DNA of 64,000 nt from Synechococcus sp. GTDB lineage: Bacteria > Cyanobacteriota > Cyanobacteriia > PCC-6307 > Cyanobiaceae. This document shows, in pieces, positions 1 through 19,251 of the stretch (positions are counted from its first letter, which is position 1; each line of letters begins with the position of its first letter). The notes below the pieces were generated by a model, which had not been told where the DNA came from, ran no database searches, and saw nothing but the letters and a program-made list of their open reading frames with translations. Location: positions 896,001-960,000 of the forward strand of contig JBJBCN010000003.1 of assembly GCA_047285805.1 (NCBI GenBank). Direction: 5' to 3'. A program made the position numbers and the translations under genes.

Positions 1-169
1 CCTCGAAAGGGTCTTCGCTGATCCCCAGGTAGAGGGTGCGTCTGTAACGCTCATACCCTTTGAGGAGGGCTTCACGCAGAGCCGCTTCCACCACCGCAGG
101 GGGCAGCTTTTTCTCTTCGCTGATGTCCTCGATCAGGTTGGAGAGACCGGGGAGCAGGACCAGTGCCAT
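1..169 (-). CDS. nusA: Transcription termination/antitermination factor NusA, 5' part (runs off window edge)
   Basis: Manual translation from ATG at 169: MALVLLPGLSNLIEDISEEKKLPPAVVEAALREALLKGYERYRR, a typical cyanobacterial NusA N-terminus; directly downstream of rimP. Confidence 0.95.
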   Translation of the reverse strand, partial: MALVLLPGLSNLIEDISEEKKLPPAVVEAALREALLKGYERYRRTLYLGISEDPFE

Positions 170-210
170 GGCAGGTGGTTGGGTGCGGGATGGAGAGGGG
201 GGAGGAGGGC

Positions 211-684
211 TTAGCCCTCTTTGGGAGTGACGAGCTTGACGCTGATCACATCGGAGCGCGGGATGCGAACTGTGCGTCCGCGGACGTTGAGGAGAACGCT
301 CTCCCCATCGCGTTCGAGGAGGAGGCCCTCACGCTCGCTTTCGCCCCCCGATTTGGCGTCGCGGTAGCGGATGGAGACCGGGAAGCCGCGGAAGCTGCGG
401 AAGTCACGGTCATCGCACAGCTCCTCGCTGACACCCGGACTGCTGACTTCAAGGACATAGGCGTCCTCGAGCAGACCGCTGTTCTCGATGGCGTCGCCCA
501 GCAATCCGCTGAAGCTGGCGCAGTTGTCCAAGCTGACGTCTCCGCCATCGGCCAAACGCAGCTGGACCAGCAGCGTCATCGGGATCCGATTGGTCAGCAT
601 TTCAAGCCCGCAGACCTGGAATCCAGCCGATTTCGCCAACTGGCTAGCCAGGCTGTGGAGGTCAGGGAGCAAGGGATGCGGCAA
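211..684 (-). CDS. rimP: Ribosome maturation factor RimP
   Basis: YVLEVSSPG motif and position before nusA; likely TTG start at 684 (MPHPLLPDL) rather than 765 in the ORF track. Confidence 0.93.
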   Translation of the reverse strand: MPHPLLPDLHSLASQLAKSAGFQVCGLEMLTNRIPMTLLVQLRLADGGDVSLDNCASFSGLLGDAIENSGLLEDAYVLEVSSPGVSEELCDDRDFRSFRGFPVSIRYRDAKSGGESEREGLLLERDGESVLLNVRGRTVRIPRSDVISVKLVTPKEG

Positions 685-835
685 AGCCTCGACGATGAAC
701 AGGGGAACGGGCAACCCGTCCGGCACCTGCAGTGATCTGCTTTCTGACTGACCAGTGGCTTCCATGAAGCCATCACTGTTCGATCAGAGGTGCCCGCCGG
801 GCACTCCAAAACCATACGCGATCAAGGGCCGGGCG

Positions 836-1129
836 TCAGGCCCCCATGCCGCCGAGGTCGGCCACTGGCGGTTCCATGTAGGCGTCGCCCGGTTGGGTTT
901 CTCCTCGAAGGCTGGGGTCCTGGTTTAGGCACTGACCCTTTTGCTCGTCGGTGCGGAGGTACTGGCAAACGCGGGCGTAAAGCTTGGAGCGGGTGGAGGG
1001 TTGCCCCTGGCTGAAGTGCACCTGCTCGAGGCCACCCACTAGCCCTTGAATCTCCACCTGGCAAAGGGAGCAGCGTTCACGGGTGCCCGGTGGAACGGAG
1101 GCCATGCCAGCTTGATCAATAAAGGGCAA
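836..1129 (-). CDS. Small hypothetical protein with Cys residues (CSLC...C...C)
   Basis: 97-aa ORF filling the gap between rimP and the phosphoesterase; true start may be the internal MASVPP. Confidence 0.65.
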   Translation of the reverse strand: MPFIDQAGMASVPPGTRERCSLCQVEIQGLVGGLEQVHFSQGQPSTRSKLYARVCQYLRTDEQKGQCLNQDPSLRGETQPGDAYMEPPVADLGGMGA

Positions 1130-1158
1130 CTTAGGGCGAAAGAATCCGGTCGGTTGGT

Positions 1159-1950
1159 GTGCCTGGCCTACTTCAGTTCAGTGATCCCCACCTCTTGGCG
1201 GATCCCAATGGCATGTGCCGTGGTCGCCCCTCCATGGCAGCCCTCGTCCATGGCCTCAGGCAGGCCCTGGCACAGCTCAATCGGCGACCGGATCTGCTCT
1301 TGATCACGGGAGATCTCTGCCAGGACGAGAGCTGGGGTGGCTACCGGCGTCTGCTGGATTCGCTGGATCAGGTGGAGGCGCTTAGGCCGGTTCCCCTGGC
1401 CTTGACCCCCGGAAACCATGACCACCAAGCCTTGCTGCGTGCGGTCTTGGGGCGGCGGGCGGTAATTGCCCCGGCGGCCCTCGACGTCGGCGGTTGGACC
1501 CTGCTCGTGCTCTCCAGTCACCGCAGCGGTTGTGTCGCGGGTTTCCTCGATCAGCGGCAGTTGGCCTGGCTGGAAGGACAGCTGTTGGGGGCCAATCAGC
1601 CTGTGGTTGTCGCCCTGCACCATCCCCCCACAGCGATTGGTGACCCCGGCTTGGATCCCATCGCCCTGCAGGATCCGGGCCCTCTGCTGCGGTGCCTGCG
1701 GGGGGCACCAGCGCTAAAGGCGGTTCTGTTCGGTCATGTTCATCAGCACTGGAAAGGCGAGCTGCAACGCACCGATGGAGGCCCACCGATCCCTTTGTGG
1801 GCCTGCCCCTCTTCCTTGGCAGCGTTTGCGGCGGTTCAATCCTGCCCACTGGAACACCCGGATTGGCCCGGGGCTCGTTGGCTTGACTTGCGGGATTCCG
1901 GCGCGGTGGTCTCGACCCTGCTGCGCTGGTTCCCCCTGGAATCTGCCTAG
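1159..1950 (+). CDS. Calcineurin-like metallophosphoesterase, CpdA/Icc cyclic-nucleotide phosphodiesterase family
   Basis: Motifs SDPH, TGDL, GNHD, HHPP and GHVH. Confidence 0.88.
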   Translation: MPGLLQFSDPHLLADPNGMCRGRPSMAALVHGLRQALAQLNRRPDLLLITGDLCQDESWGGYRRLLDSLDQVEALRPVPLALTPGNHDHQALLRAVLGRRAVIAPAALDVGGWTLLVLSSHRSGCVAGFLDQRQLAWLEGQLLGANQPVVVALHHPPTAIGDPGLDPIALQDPGPLLRCLRGAPALKAVLFGHVHQHWKGELQRTDGGPPIPLWACPSSLAAFAAVQSCPLEHPDWPGARWLDLRDSGAVVSTLLRWFPLESA

Positions 1951-3078
<1,128 letters not shown>

Positions 3079-3113
3079 GACCTGAGCTACGGTCGCCGGT
3101 CAGAGAAAACGGC

Positions 3114-3830
3114 GTGATGGCGGATCTGCAGGATCAGATGAAACAAGCGGTGGCGGCGGCTGCCACCGAGCAGATCCACAGCGGCATGGTGGTCGGTTTG
3201 GGCTCGGGCTCAACGGCAGCCCTGATGATTCAGGCCCTCGGAGCCAAGCTCAAGAGCGGCGAGCTTCGGGACATCGTTGGGGTCACGACCTCCTTCCAAG
3301 GCGAGGTGCTGGCGGCCGAGTTGGGTATCCCTCTGCAGAGTCTGAATGCCGTCGATCGCATCGATCTGGCCATCGATGGGGCCGACGAGGTTGATCCCTC
3401 TTTCCAGCTGATCAAGGGCGGTGGCGCCTGCCACGTTCAGGAAAAGCTGGTGGCGGTTCGCGCCAAGCGTTTTGTTGTGGTTGTCGACTCCACGAAGCTT
3501 GTGGACACCCTCAACCTGGGCTTCCTTTTGCCGGTTGAGGTGATGCCAGGTGCTTGGCGTCAGGTGCAAGGTCAGCTGCGGGAGATGGGTGGTGATGCCC
3601 AGCTCCGCATGGCGGTCAAGAAGGCCGGTCCGGTGGTCACCGACCAGGGCAACCTGGTCCTGGACGTCAAGTTCAGCGGCGGCATTGGTGATCCCGGCAG
3701 CCTCGAGAAGGAAATTAACAACCTCCCCGGCGTGCTCGAGAACGGTCTGTTTGTGAACATCACAGACCAGGTGCTGGTGGGTGAGATCAACGCCGGCGTT
3801 GCCAGCGTTCGCGACATGGTGAAGCGCTGA
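3114..3830 (+). CDS. rpiA: Ribose-5-phosphate isomerase A
   Basis: GLGSGST, DGADEVD and KGGG motifs; start may be ATG 3117. Confidence 0.97.
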   Translation: MMADLQDQMKQAVAAAATEQIHSGMVVGLGSGSTAALMIQALGAKLKSGELRDIVGVTTSFQGEVLAAELGIPLQSLNAVDRIDLAIDGADEVDPSFQLIKGGGACHVQEKLVAVRAKRFVVVVDSTKLVDTLNLGFLLPVEVMPGAWRQVQGQLREMGGDAQLRMAVKKAGPVVTDQGNLVLDVKFSGGIGDPGSLEKEINNLPGVLENGLFVNITDQVLVGEINAGVASVRDMVKR

Positions 3831-3839
3831 GGACTGGGC

Positions 3840-5174
3840 TTAATCCAGTCTCCTGCGGACGGACTCCGCGTGGCTGTGGAGTCCCTCGCTGTCGGCCAGG
3901 GTGCCAACGGCGGCGCCGGTGGCCACCAGGGCTTGACGGTTGAATTGAATCAAGCTGGTGTGGCGCATGAAGGTCTCTACGCAGAGTGCTCCAGCAAACC
4001 GGGCGGTGCCTGAGGTAGGCAGCGTGTGGTTTGGGCCGGCGAGGTAGTCGCCTACGGCTTCCGGAGTCCAGGCCCCCATGAAGATGGCCCCGGCCTGTTG
4101 GATCTGTTCGGCCAGGGGCTCAGGCTGCTCCACCTGCAGTTCCAGGTGCTCCGGTGCAAAGCGGTCGCTGAGCTTTGCGGCCTCGTCCAGGTCGCCGCAG
4201 ACCACGATCAAGCCCCAGTCGTTGAGGGCTTGACGGGTGATGGCTGCGCGGGGGTGTCCCTGCAGCTGTTGCTCGATCGCGCCAGGAATGGCCTGCGCGA
4301 GCTCCTCGCTGGTGGTCATCAGGATGGCCGCCGCCAGGGGGTCGTGCTCTGCTTGAGCCAGCAGATCGGCCGCTACATGTTCGGGGTTCGCGCTGGCATC
4401 GGCAATGACCAGGACTTCACTGGGGCCCGCCAGGGAATCGATCGCGACCCGCCCGTAGACCGCTTTCTTGGCCAAGGTCACATAGAGATTGCCCGGACCG
4501 CTGATGACGTCCACCCGCGGGATGGATTCCGTTCCGTAGGCCAATGCTCCGATGGCTTGGGCGCCACCGACCCGATAGATCTCGTCGATGCCCGCGAGGT
4601 GGGCGGCGGCCAGGACGGTGGTGTTGATGCGACCGTCGGTCCCGGGAGGGGTGACCATGACCACCCGCTGCACTCCAGCCACCTTCGCGGGAACGGCGTT
4701 CATCAGAACTGTGCTCGGGTAGCTGGCACGGCCTCCGGGCACGTAGAGACCGGCGCGCTGCACCGGCCGCCAGCGTCGGCCCAGGCGTTCGCCGTGCTCA
4801 CCGGTGATGGCAAGGTCGTTGGGGAGTTGGCGTTGGTGGAAGTCCAGGATCCGGCGGTGGGCCAGGGCCAGGGCTTCCTGCAGATCTGGCGGCGTGGCCT
4901 CCCAAGCCGCCTCGATCTCCTCTGGAGGGATGCGAAGGGGATCTGGGCGCACCCCGTCAAACCGCTCGGTCAGTTCAAAGAGGGCGGCATCGCCCTGCGC
5001 CTGCACTTGCTCCAGGATCGCCTCAACCCGCTGGGCGACCTCGTGGCTTTGGCCGCTTCCGGTGCGCTCGGCGATGACCTCCAGCCGTTGCCCGGCCTGA
5101 TCGGCGTCTCTCAGGAGCTCAATCTGTAGCTGCGGGACGGACTCGGCACGGCTTGGATGAGAGCTGGCGGTCAC
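3840..5174 (-). CDS. hisD: Histidinol dehydrogenase
   Basis: YVPGG, GPGN, AGPSE, QAEHDP, APEHL and GPNHTLPT motifs. Confidence 0.97.
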   Translation of the reverse strand: MTASSHPSRAESVPQLQIELLRDADQAGQRLEVIAERTGSGQSHEVAQRVEAILEQVQAQGDAALFELTERFDGVRPDPLRIPPEEIEAAWEATPPDLQEALALAHRRILDFHQRQLPNDLAITGEHGERLGRRWRPVQRAGLYVPGGRASYPSTVLMNAVPAKVAGVQRVVMVTPPGTDGRINTTVLAAAHLAGIDEIYRVGGAQAIGALAYGTESIPRVDVISGPGNLYVTLAKKAVYGRVAIDSLAGPSEVLVIADASANPEHVAADLLAQAEHDPLAAAILMTTSEELAQAIPGAIEQQLQGHPRAAITRQALNDWGLIVVCGDLDEAAKLSDRFAPEHLELQVEQPEPLAEQIQQAGAIFMGAWTPEAVGDYLAGPNHTLPTSGTARFAGALCVETFMRHTSLIQFNRQALVATGAAVGTLADSEGLHSHAESVRRRLD

Positions 5175-5264
5175 GAAACCGTGGAGCGGCGGTGAATCTT
5201 CAAGCTAGTTGCTCGGGCCTCATGGAGCGGTCGCAGGCCAGGGGGTAAAGTTATCGACTGCTGA

Positions 5265-5585
<321 letters not shown>

Positions 5586-5620
5586 TTTTTTAGGTTGGAT
5601 CTAAGGTCACCCTTGGATCC

Positions 5621-6442
5621 ATGGCAGCTCCCGTCGCTCTTGAGAGTCTCCCGGCTCCTCTGATTGATAGTCACTGCCATATCGTCTTTCGAAATTTCGA
5701 CGAAGATTTGGAGGAGGTTGCTCAGCGCTGGCGGGATGCCGGTGTCTGCCGCCTCCTCCACGCATGTGTGGAGCCTTCAGAGATCCCAGCGATCCGAGCG
5801 CTCGCCGATCGTTTCCCGGAGCTGCGCTACTCCGTTGGTGTCCACCCTCTTGACCCACAGCATTGGGCGCCCGACACGCAGCAGGTTTTGCGTCAGGCTG
5901 TTCAGGCTGACCCCCGGGTTGTGGCGATAGGTGAGCTCGGCCTCGATCTCTTCCGCGACAAAAATCTCGATCAGCAACTGGCGATGCTGCGTCCCCAGCT
6001 CGACCTGGCGGTGGAGCTGGATCTCCCGGTGATCATTCACTGCCGCGATGCCGCCGAGCCGATGCTCGGCGAGTTGCGCGACCGCGCTGAACGGGGCGCC
6101 TGTCCCAAGGGCGTGATGCATTGCTGGAGTGGGACTCCGGAGGAGATGCAGTGGTTTCTGCAGCTCGGCCTTTACATCAGCTTCAGCGGCAACGTGACCT
6201 TCCCGAAGGCCATCGACACCCACGCCTGTGCCCAAGCGGTCCCTGCCGACCGCTTCCTCGTTGAGACCGACTGCCCGTTTTTGGCCCCCGTGCCGCGACG
6301 GGGGAAACGCAACGAGCCGTCCTATGTGATGGCCGTGGCTCAGCGGGTTGCAGAGCTCCGTCAGGAGCCACTCCAGACCGTCGCTTTACAGAGCACCCAC
6401 AACGCTTGTGCGCTCTTTGGACCTGCTCTTCACAATGTATGA
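5621..6442 (+). CDS. tatD: TatD-family DNase
   Basis: DSHCH, GVHP, GELGLD, HCR, HCW and ETDCPFLAP motifs. Confidence 0.93.
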   Translation: MAAPVALESLPAPLIDSHCHIVFRNFDEDLEEVAQRWRDAGVCRLLHACVEPSEIPAIRALADRFPELRYSVGVHPLDPQHWAPDTQQVLRQAVQADPRVVAIGELGLDLFRDKNLDQQLAMLRPQLDLAVELDLPVIIHCRDAAEPMLGELRDRAERGACPKGVMHCWSGTPEEMQWFLQLGLYISFSGNVTFPKAIDTHACAQAVPADRFLVETDCPFLAPVPRRGKRNEPSYVMAVAQRVAELRQEPLQTVALQSTHNACALFGPALHNV

Positions 6443-6758
6443 TGTTTCATTGGCCTGGCAGCGAGTCGTGATTTATCCGTGCTCGTTGCAGCCCGAAAGC
6501 GCTCACCGGGGATCTGGTGAGTTAGCCCATGACCAGTGGTGCGTTGTCTTTCCGGTTCGAGTTGTCGTTCCCTGCGGTTTTCAAGCGATCTGAATAGGCG
6601 CCACAGCTGGCCAGCCGTTCCCTTCGGGAGCGGCTGGCTCTGTCGTCTGTGTGGTGGTGTCACGCTGATGCCCCTTTCTTCGTCTTGATCACTGCCTGGC
6701 TTCGAAACCGCTCTCCAGGCCCTCCGTTCCGTTTCACCCGTTCCTGCAGGTTCACCGC
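6438..6758 (+). promoter_or_regulatory. Candidate rpoB promoter (-10 TATGAT at 6438-6443) and long structured 5' leader
   Basis: 316-bp intergenic region; hairpins at 6501-6522 and 6610-6638 (GCCAGCCGTTCC/GGAGCGGCTGGC around CTTCG). Confidence 0.45.
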
Positions 6759-9700
6759 ATGAGCAGCGCGATTCAGGTCGCCAAGACCGCCACTTACCTC
6801 CCCGATCTGGTGGAGGTGCAGCGCGCGAGCTTCAAATGGTTTCTGGAGAAGGGCCTGATCGAGGAGCTTGAGAGCTTCTCCCCGATCACCGACTACACCG
6901 GCAAGCTCGAGCTGCACTTCATCGGTAGCGAATACCGACTGAAGCGCCCACGCCACGACGTGGAAGAGGCCAAGCGCCGTGACGCGACCTTTGCGTCTCA
7001 GATGTATGTGACCTGTCGCCTGGTCAACAAGGAGACCGGAGAGATCAAGGAGCAGGAAGTGTTCATCGGGGAACTGCCCCTGATGACCGAGCGCGGCACC
7101 TTCATCATTAACGGTGCCGAGCGCGTGATCGTCAACCAGATCGTGCGTTCCCCCGGCGTCTATTTCAAGGACGAGCAGGACAAGAACGGCCGCAAGACCT
7201 TTAACGCCAGCCTGATCCCCAACCGTGGTGCATGGCTGAAGTTTGAAACCGACAAGAACGATCTGCTGCACGTTCGTGTCGATAAGACCCGCAAGATCAA
7301 CGCCCACGTGTTGATGCGGGCCATCGGCTTGTCCGACAACGACGTACTCGACAAGCTGCGCCACCCCGAGTATTACCAGAAGTCCATCGAGGCTGCGAAC
7401 GACGAAGGCATTGCCTCGGAAGACCAGGCCCTGCTCGAGCTCTACAAAAAGCTGCGTCCAGGTGAGCCCCCCTCGGTGAGCGGTGGCCAAACCCTGCTGC
7501 ACAGCCGGTTCTTCGATCCCAAGCGCTACGACCTGGGCCGCGTTGGTCGCTACAAGATCAACAAGAAGCTGCGGCTCACAATCCCCGATGCGACGCGCAC
7601 CCTCACCCCTGAGGACGTGCTCAGCACGATCGACTACCTGATCAATCTTGAGCTCGACGTGGGTGGCGCCACTCTCGACGACATCGACCACCTCGGTAAC
7701 CGTCGTGTTCGCTCCGTGGGCGAATTGCTGCAGAACCAGGTACGCGTTGGTCTGAATCGCCTCGAGCGGATCATCAAAGAGCGCATGACCGTTGGTGAGA
7801 CCGAGAGTCTGACCCCCGCGCAGTTGGTGAACCCGAAGCCCCTGGTGGCGGCGATCAAGGAGTTCTTTGGCTCCAGCCAGCTGAGCCAGTTCATGGACCA
7901 GACGAACCCTCTGGCTGAGCTGACCCACAAACGTCGTATCAGTGCCCTCGGCCCAGGCGGTTTGACCCGCGAGCGTGCCGGCTTTGCCGTTCGCGACATC
8001 CACCCGTCCCACTACGGTCGGATCTGCCCGATCGAGACCCCTGAAGGCCCGAACGCCGGTCTAATCGGCTCTCTGGCTACCCACGCCCGGGTGAACGAGT
8101 ACGGCTTCATTGAGACCCCGTTCTGGAAGGTCGAAGACGGAATCGTTCTTAAGCAGGGCGATCCCCTCTACCTTTCGGCTGACCTCGAAGACGAGTGCCG
8201 CGTCGCTCCGGGCGACGTCGCAACCGATGCCGATGGCCGGATCAAGGCCGATCTTGTTCCTGTGCGTTATCGCCAGGACTTTGAGACTGTGCCCCCCGAG
8301 CAGGTCGACTACGTGCAGCTTTCGCCGGTTCAGGTGATCTCCGTGGCGACCTCGCTGATCCCCTTCCTCGAGCACGACGACGCCAACAGGGCCCTGATGG
8401 GTTCAAACATGCAGCGTCAGGCCGTGCCTCTACTTCGTCCTGAGCGTCCACTGGTCGGTACCGGTCTTGAGACGCAGGTCGCCCGCGACTCAGGCATGGT
8501 GCCCATCACCACCGTCAACGGCACGGTGACCTTTGTAGATGCCACCGCGATCGTCATCCGTGACGAAGAGGGCAACGACCACACCCACTACCTACAGAAG
8601 TACCAGCGCTCCAACCAGGACACCTGCCTGAACCACCGTCCGATCGTCAAGCTCGGCGACCAGGTCATCGCCGGTCAAGTCCTGGCCAATGGTTCGGCTT
8701 GTGAGGGTGGCGAAATCGCCCTGGGTCAGAACGTTCTGATCGCCTACATGCCCTGGGAGGGCTACAACTACGAGGACGCGATCCTGGTGTCCGAGCGCCT
8801 GGTTCGCGACGACCTCTACACCTCGGTCCATATTGAGAAGTATGAGATCGAAGCCCGTCAGACCAAGCTGGGCCCTGAGGAGATCACCCGCGAAATCCCG
8901 AACGTCGCCGAGGAGAACCTGGGCAACCTCGATGAGATGGGCATTATCCGCATCGGCGCCTACGTCGAGAGCGGCGATATCCTTGTAGGCAAGGTGACTC
9001 CGAAGGGTGAGTCGGACCAGCCCCCTGAAGAGAAGCTGCTGCGCGCGATCTTCGGTGAGAAGGCCCGCGATGTTCGCGACAACTCCCTGCGCGTTCCCAG
9101 CACCGAGCGTGGCAGGGTGGTCGATGTTCGGATCTATACCCGTGAGCAGGGCGATGAGCTACCGCCCGGCGCAAACATGGTGGTCCGGGTCTATGTGGCC
9201 CAGCGCCGCAAGATCCAGGTCGGCGACAAGATGGCCGGCCGCCACGGCAACAAGGGCATCATCAGCCGCATCCTTCCCCTGGAGGACATGCCTTACCTGC
9301 CCGACGGCACACCGATCGACATTGTTCTGAACCCCCTGGGTGTTCCGAGCCGCATGAATGTCGGACAGGTGTTCGAGTGCTTGATGGGTTGGGCGGCATC
9401 ACACCTGGACTGTCGAGTCAAGGTGGTGCCCTTCGACGAAATGCACGGCCCTGAGACCTCGAAGAACACTGTTCAGGCTTACCTCGAGGCGGCCAAGTCC
9501 CAGCCCGGTAAGGACTGGGTCTACAACCCCAATAACCCCGGCAAGATCCAGTTGATCGATGGCCGGACCGGCGAGGCCTTCGACCAGCCCGTGACCGTGG
9601 GTTATGCCCACATCCTCAAGCTGGTTCACCTTGTGGACGACAAGATCCACGCCCGCTCCACTGGCCCCTACTCCCTGGTCACCCAGCAGCCCCTGGGTGG

Positions 9701-10049
9701 TAAGGCTCAGCAAGGCGGTCAGCGTCTGGGTGAGATGGAGGTGTGGGCACTCGAGGCCTATGGCGCCGCTTACACCCTGCAGGAACTGCTCACCGTCAAG
9801 TCCGACGACATGCAGGGCCGCAACGAGGCGCTCAACGCCATCGTCAAGGGCAAGCCGATCCCCCGTCCGGGTACCCCCGAGTCCTTCAAGGTGCTCATGC
9901 GTGAGCTCCAGTCCCTGGGTCTAGACATCGCGGTTTACACCGATGCCGGCGAGGAAGTCGACCTCATGCAGGACGTGAATCCCCGCCGCAGCACCCCCAA
10001 CCGGCCCACCTACGAATCCCTCGGCGTCGCGGATTACGACGACGACTGA
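6759..10049 (+). CDS. rpoB: RNA polymerase beta subunit
   Basis: [12 protein letters not shown] and [18 protein letters not shown] motifs; 1096 aa. Confidence 0.99.
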   Translation: MSSAIQVAKTATYLPDLVEVQRASFKWFLEKGLIEELESFSPITDYTGKLELHFIGSEYRLKRPRHDVEEAKRRDATFASQMYVTCRLVNKETGEIKEQEVFIGELPLMTERGTFIINGAERVIVNQIVRSPGVYFKDEQDKNGRKTFNASLIPNRGAWLKFETDKNDLLHVRVDKTRKINAHVLMRAIGLSDNDVLDKLRHPEYYQKSIEAANDEGIASEDQALLELYKKLRPGEPPSVSGGQTLLHSRFFDPKRYDLGRVGRYKINKKLRLTIPDATRTLTPEDVLSTIDYLINLELDVGGATLDDIDHLGNRRVRSVGELLQNQVRVGLNRLERIIKERMTVGETESLTPAQLVNPKPLVAAIKEFFGSSQLSQFMDQTNPLAELTHKRRISALGPGGLTRERAGFAVRDIHPSHYGRICPIETPEGPNAGLIGSLATHARVNEYGFIETPFWKVEDGIVLKQGDPLYLSADLEDECRVAPGDVATDADGRIKADLVPVRYRQDFETVPPEQVDYVQLSPVQVISVATSLIPFLEHDDANRALMGSNMQRQAVPLLRPERPLVGTGLETQVARDSGMVPITTVNGTVTFVDATAIVIRDEEGNDHTHYLQKYQRSNQDTCLNHRPIVKLGDQVIAGQVLANGSACEGGEIALGQNVLIAYMPWEGYNYEDAILVSERLVRDDLYTSVHIEKYEIEARQTKLGPEEITREIPNVAEENLGNLDEMGIIRIGAYVESGDILVGKVTPKGESDQPPEEKLLRAIFGEKARDVRDNSLRVPSTERGRVVDVRIYTREQGDELPPGANMVVRVYVAQRRKIQVGDKMAGRHGNKGIISRILPLEDMPYLPDGTPIDIVLNPLGVPSRMNVGQVFECLMGWAASHLDCRVKVVPFDEMHGPETSKNTVQAYLEAAKSQPGKDWVYNPNNPGKIQLIDGRTGEAFDQPVTVGYAHILKLVHLVDDKIHARSTGPYSLVTQQPLGGKAQQGGQRLGEMEVWALEAYGAAYTLQELLTVKSDDMQGRNEALNAIVKGKPIPRPGTPESFKVLMRELQSLGLDIAVYTDAGEEVDLMQDVNPRRSTPNRPTYESLGVADYDDD

Positions 10050-10130
10050 TTGCTGATCAACCCGGCCCCCCCCCAACTGGGTGACCGTCAGATCCCCTTG
10101 TTCCTTCAGATCTCCGAGCGCTCTTAGGTC

Positions 10131-16340
<6,210 letters not shown>

Positions 16341-16341
<1 letters not shown>

Positions 16342-17438
16342 TGCCCCAGGCCGCGACGCCACCGGAAGAGGCCCTTCCCCTGCTGGGGATGGGCCTCTCT
16401 GATTTGGAGCAGTGGGCCAAGCAGCATGGGCAGGCCGCCTTCCGTGGCCGGCAGCTGCATGACTGGCTCTACGCCAAGGGGGCGCGCTCCGTCGACCAGG
16501 TGACAGTTCTGCCTAAGGCCTTCCGTGAGGCGTTGAGTGCGCAACCGCCGGCGGGCGCCTTCGATTGGATGGGGCGTTCGCGGGAGATTCACCGCAGTAT
16601 CGCCAGCGATGGCACCACCAAGTTGCTGCTGGGCACTCACGACCAGTTGAGCATCGAGACCGTCGGCATTCCCGCGGAGGGTCGCTTGACCGTCTGCGTC
16701 AGCAGTCAGGTGGGCTGTTCCATGGCCTGCCGCTTTTGCGCCACCGGCAAAGGGGGGCTGCAGCGCTCCTTGGCCGTCCACGAAATCGTTGATCAAGTGC
16801 TGAGCGTGCGGGAGGTCATGGATCAACGCCCGAGCCACGTGGTGTTCATGGGCATGGGCGAACCCCTCCTCAATGTGGACTCGGTTCTCGACGCGATTGG
16901 TTGCCTGTGCACGGACCTGGGTATGGCTCAGCGGCAGATCACGGTCAGCACGGTGGGTGTTCCACGCACGTTGCCGCGGTTGGCGGAGTTGGCCCTGGAA
17001 CGCCTTGGCCGCGCCCAGTTCACCCTGGCCGTGAGCCTCCATGCCCCGGATCAGCGGTTGCGCGAGGAGCTGATCCCAACGGCCCACGCCTATCCCATTG
17101 AGGCTTTGCTGGAGGACTGTCGCCGCTACGTCGAGATCACCGGCCGGCGGGTCAGTTTTGAGTACATCCTCCTGGGCGGTCTCAACGATCTACCCCGCCA
17201 TGCGGCGGCCCTGGCCCAGTTGCTGCGCGGCTTCCAGAGCCATGTGAACTTGATTCCCTACAACCCGATTCAGGAAGAAGATTTCCAGCGCCCCACGCCC
17301 CAAGCCGTGGAGGCCTTCCGCAGGGCCCTGATGGACCGGCATGTGGCCGTCAGCGTGCGCGCCAGCCGCGGTTTGGATGCCGATGCCGCGTGCGGTCAGC
17401 TGCGACGTCGTCTCGAAGGAAGCCTCGAGCCCGCGTAG
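16341..17438 (+). CDS. rlmN: Dual-specificity RNA methyltransferase RlmN (radical SAM)
   Basis: [24 protein letters not shown] and AACGQL motifs; start placed at ATG 16341 after the hli gene. Confidence 0.96.
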
Positions 17439-17484
17439 CCGTTGCCGGACAACTGAGGGAGACTGCCCTGAGTGAAGGGCCGCC

Positions 17485-19227
17485 ATGAGCAGCATCGATT
17501 GGGCGATTGTCATCGGCTATCTGGTGGCGAGCCTGTTCGTTGGTCTCTGGCTGGCCCGTCGCAACACCAGTGAGGCGGATTACTTCGTCGCGGGCCGTCA
17601 ACTCAAGGGTTGGTTGGCGGGGGCCTCGATGGCGGCCACGACCTTCTCGATCGATACGCCCCTGTATGTGGCCGGTCTGGTGGCCGTGCGCGGTCTCGCC
17701 GGCAACTGGGAATGGTGGAGCTTTGGCGTGGCCCATGTCGCCATGGCCGTGGTCTTCGCTCCCCTATGGAGACGAAGTGGGGTTCTGACCGACGCAGCGC
17801 TGACGGAATTGCGCTATGGCGGCCCCACCGCAGCTTGGCTGCGGGGCATCAAGGCGTTTTTGTTCGCCCTGCCGATCAACTGCATTGGTCTCGGTTACGC
17901 CTTTTTGGCCATGGCCAAGGTGAGTGAGGCGCTGGGTCTGGCCTCTACACCCGAGGCCAAGGTGACCATCTTGGCCATCGTCGCCTTGTTGGTCTTGATC
18001 TACACCGCGGCAGGCGGACTCTGGGCCGTGGTCGTCACGGATATGCTGCAGCTGGTCCTAGCCTTGCTCGGAGCCATAGCTGTCGCCGTGGCCGCGGTCC
18101 ATGCGGCCGGTGGCATGGACGCCCTACTCGAGAGCATCCGCGGTCTAGCCCGTCCGGAGCTGCTGTCTCTGGTGCCCTGGCAGATCGAAGGGGGGCGGCT
18201 GCAGTGGTTGGATGGGGCTGGGATTTCGATCGCCACCTTCAGTTCCTACTTGGCTTTGCAGTGGTGGAGCTTCCGCCGCAGTGATGGTGGCGGTGAATTC
18301 ATTCAGCGTTTGCTCGCCACCCGCGATGAGCGGGAGGCCCGCACCGCCGGCTGGGTCTTTCTGGCTGTGAACTATGTGCTCCGCAGCTGGCCCTGGATCG
18401 TGGTGGCGCTCGCCGCGGTGGTCCTGCTGCCTGAGCAGACCGACTGGGAGCAGAGCTACCCCCTGCTAGCGGTTCAGTTGTTGCCTCCGGTGGCCTTGGG
18501 CTTGGTTGTGGTCTCCCTGGTGGCGGCCTTCATGAGCACGGTTAGCACCTCGGTGAATTGGGGCGCCAGCTACCTCACCCATGACCTCTATCAGCGTTTT
18601 GTTCGCCCCCAGGCCAGTGAGAAGGAATTGCTCCTGGTCGGTCAGTTGGCCTCGGTGCTGCTCGTTGTTTTTGGGGTGCTTACCGCCCTGATCAGCAACA
18701 GCATCGGCACTGTCTTCCGGCTGGTGATCGCCATGGGCACCGGCCCCGGTGTGGTCCTGGTGCTGCGTTGGTTCTGGTGGCGCGTGAATGCCGCCGCTGA
18801 GCTGGCTGCCCTTCTCGGGGGCTTCTTGATCGGCTTCTCCACCTCCGTGGTGCCCGTCTTGCGCATCGAGGACTACGGGGTGCGCCTGCTTACTACCACG
18901 CTCCTCACGGCCGGGCTCTGGCTCGTCGCGATGCTGGCGACCCCGCCGGAATCGCCGGAGGTGCTGGATCGCTTTGTGCGGCAAGTCCGTCCCCCTGGCC
19001 CCGGTTGGACGCAGTGGCGCCGTCGCACGGGGGTCATGGCTGATGAAACCCTGCCGGGGCTGATGCTCCTCCTGCTCGCCGGCTGTTCCCTGTTGTTTGG
19101 TTCCCTGCTGGGCATTGGCGGCTTCCTGCTGAAGCTGCAGCTCTGGGGGTGGAGCGGTCTGGTCTTGGCGGTGGTAGGGGTATTGCTCCTTCGCCGCGGC
19201 AGCGGTCGTCTTCCGGCGCAGGGATGA
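17485..19227 (+). CDS. Sodium:solute symporter (SSS) family transporter
   Basis: Many hydrophobic segments, DYFVAGR, GGLWAVVVTD and AAFMST motifs; substrate unknown. Confidence 0.9.
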   Translation: MSSIDWAIVIGYLVASLFVGLWLARRNTSEADYFVAGRQLKGWLAGASMAATTFSIDTPLYVAGLVAVRGLAGNWEWWSFGVAHVAMAVVFAPLWRRSGVLTDAALTELRYGGPTAAWLRGIKAFLFALPINCIGLGYAFLAMAKVSEALGLASTPEAKVTILAIVALLVLIYTAAGGLWAVVVTDMLQLVLALLGAIAVAVAAVHAAGGMDALLESIRGLARPELLSLVPWQIEGGRLQWLDGAGISIATFSSYLALQWWSFRRSDGGGEFIQRLLATRDEREARTAGWVFLAVNYVLRSWPWIVVALAAVVLLPEQTDWEQSYPLLAVQLLPPVALGLVVVSLVAAFMSTVSTSVNWGASYLTHDLYQRFVRPQASEKELLLVGQLASVLLVVFGVLTALISNSIGTVFRLVIAMGTGPGVVLVLRWFWWRVNAAAELAALLGGFLIGFSTSVVPVLRIEDYGVRLLTTTLLTAGLWLVAMLATPPESPEVLDRFVRQVRPPGPGWTQWRRRTGVMADETLPGLMLLLLAGCSLLFGSLLGIGGFLLKLQLWGWSGLVLAVVGVLLLRRGSGRLPAQG

Positions 19228-19251
19228 TGGCTGAACCGCTCAGCCCACGCC

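Noticed and set aside
6348..6663. Short ORFs in the rpoB leader (6348-6593 + and 6430-6663 -)
   Set aside because: They overlap the tatD end, lack motifs, and the region is better explained as a structured leader.
6660..8012. 450-aa ORF antisense to rpoB (also 9921-10598, 14303-15037 and 15338-16051)
   Set aside because: Shadow ORFs on the opposite strand of strongly codon-biased, high-GC genes; no recognisable motifs.
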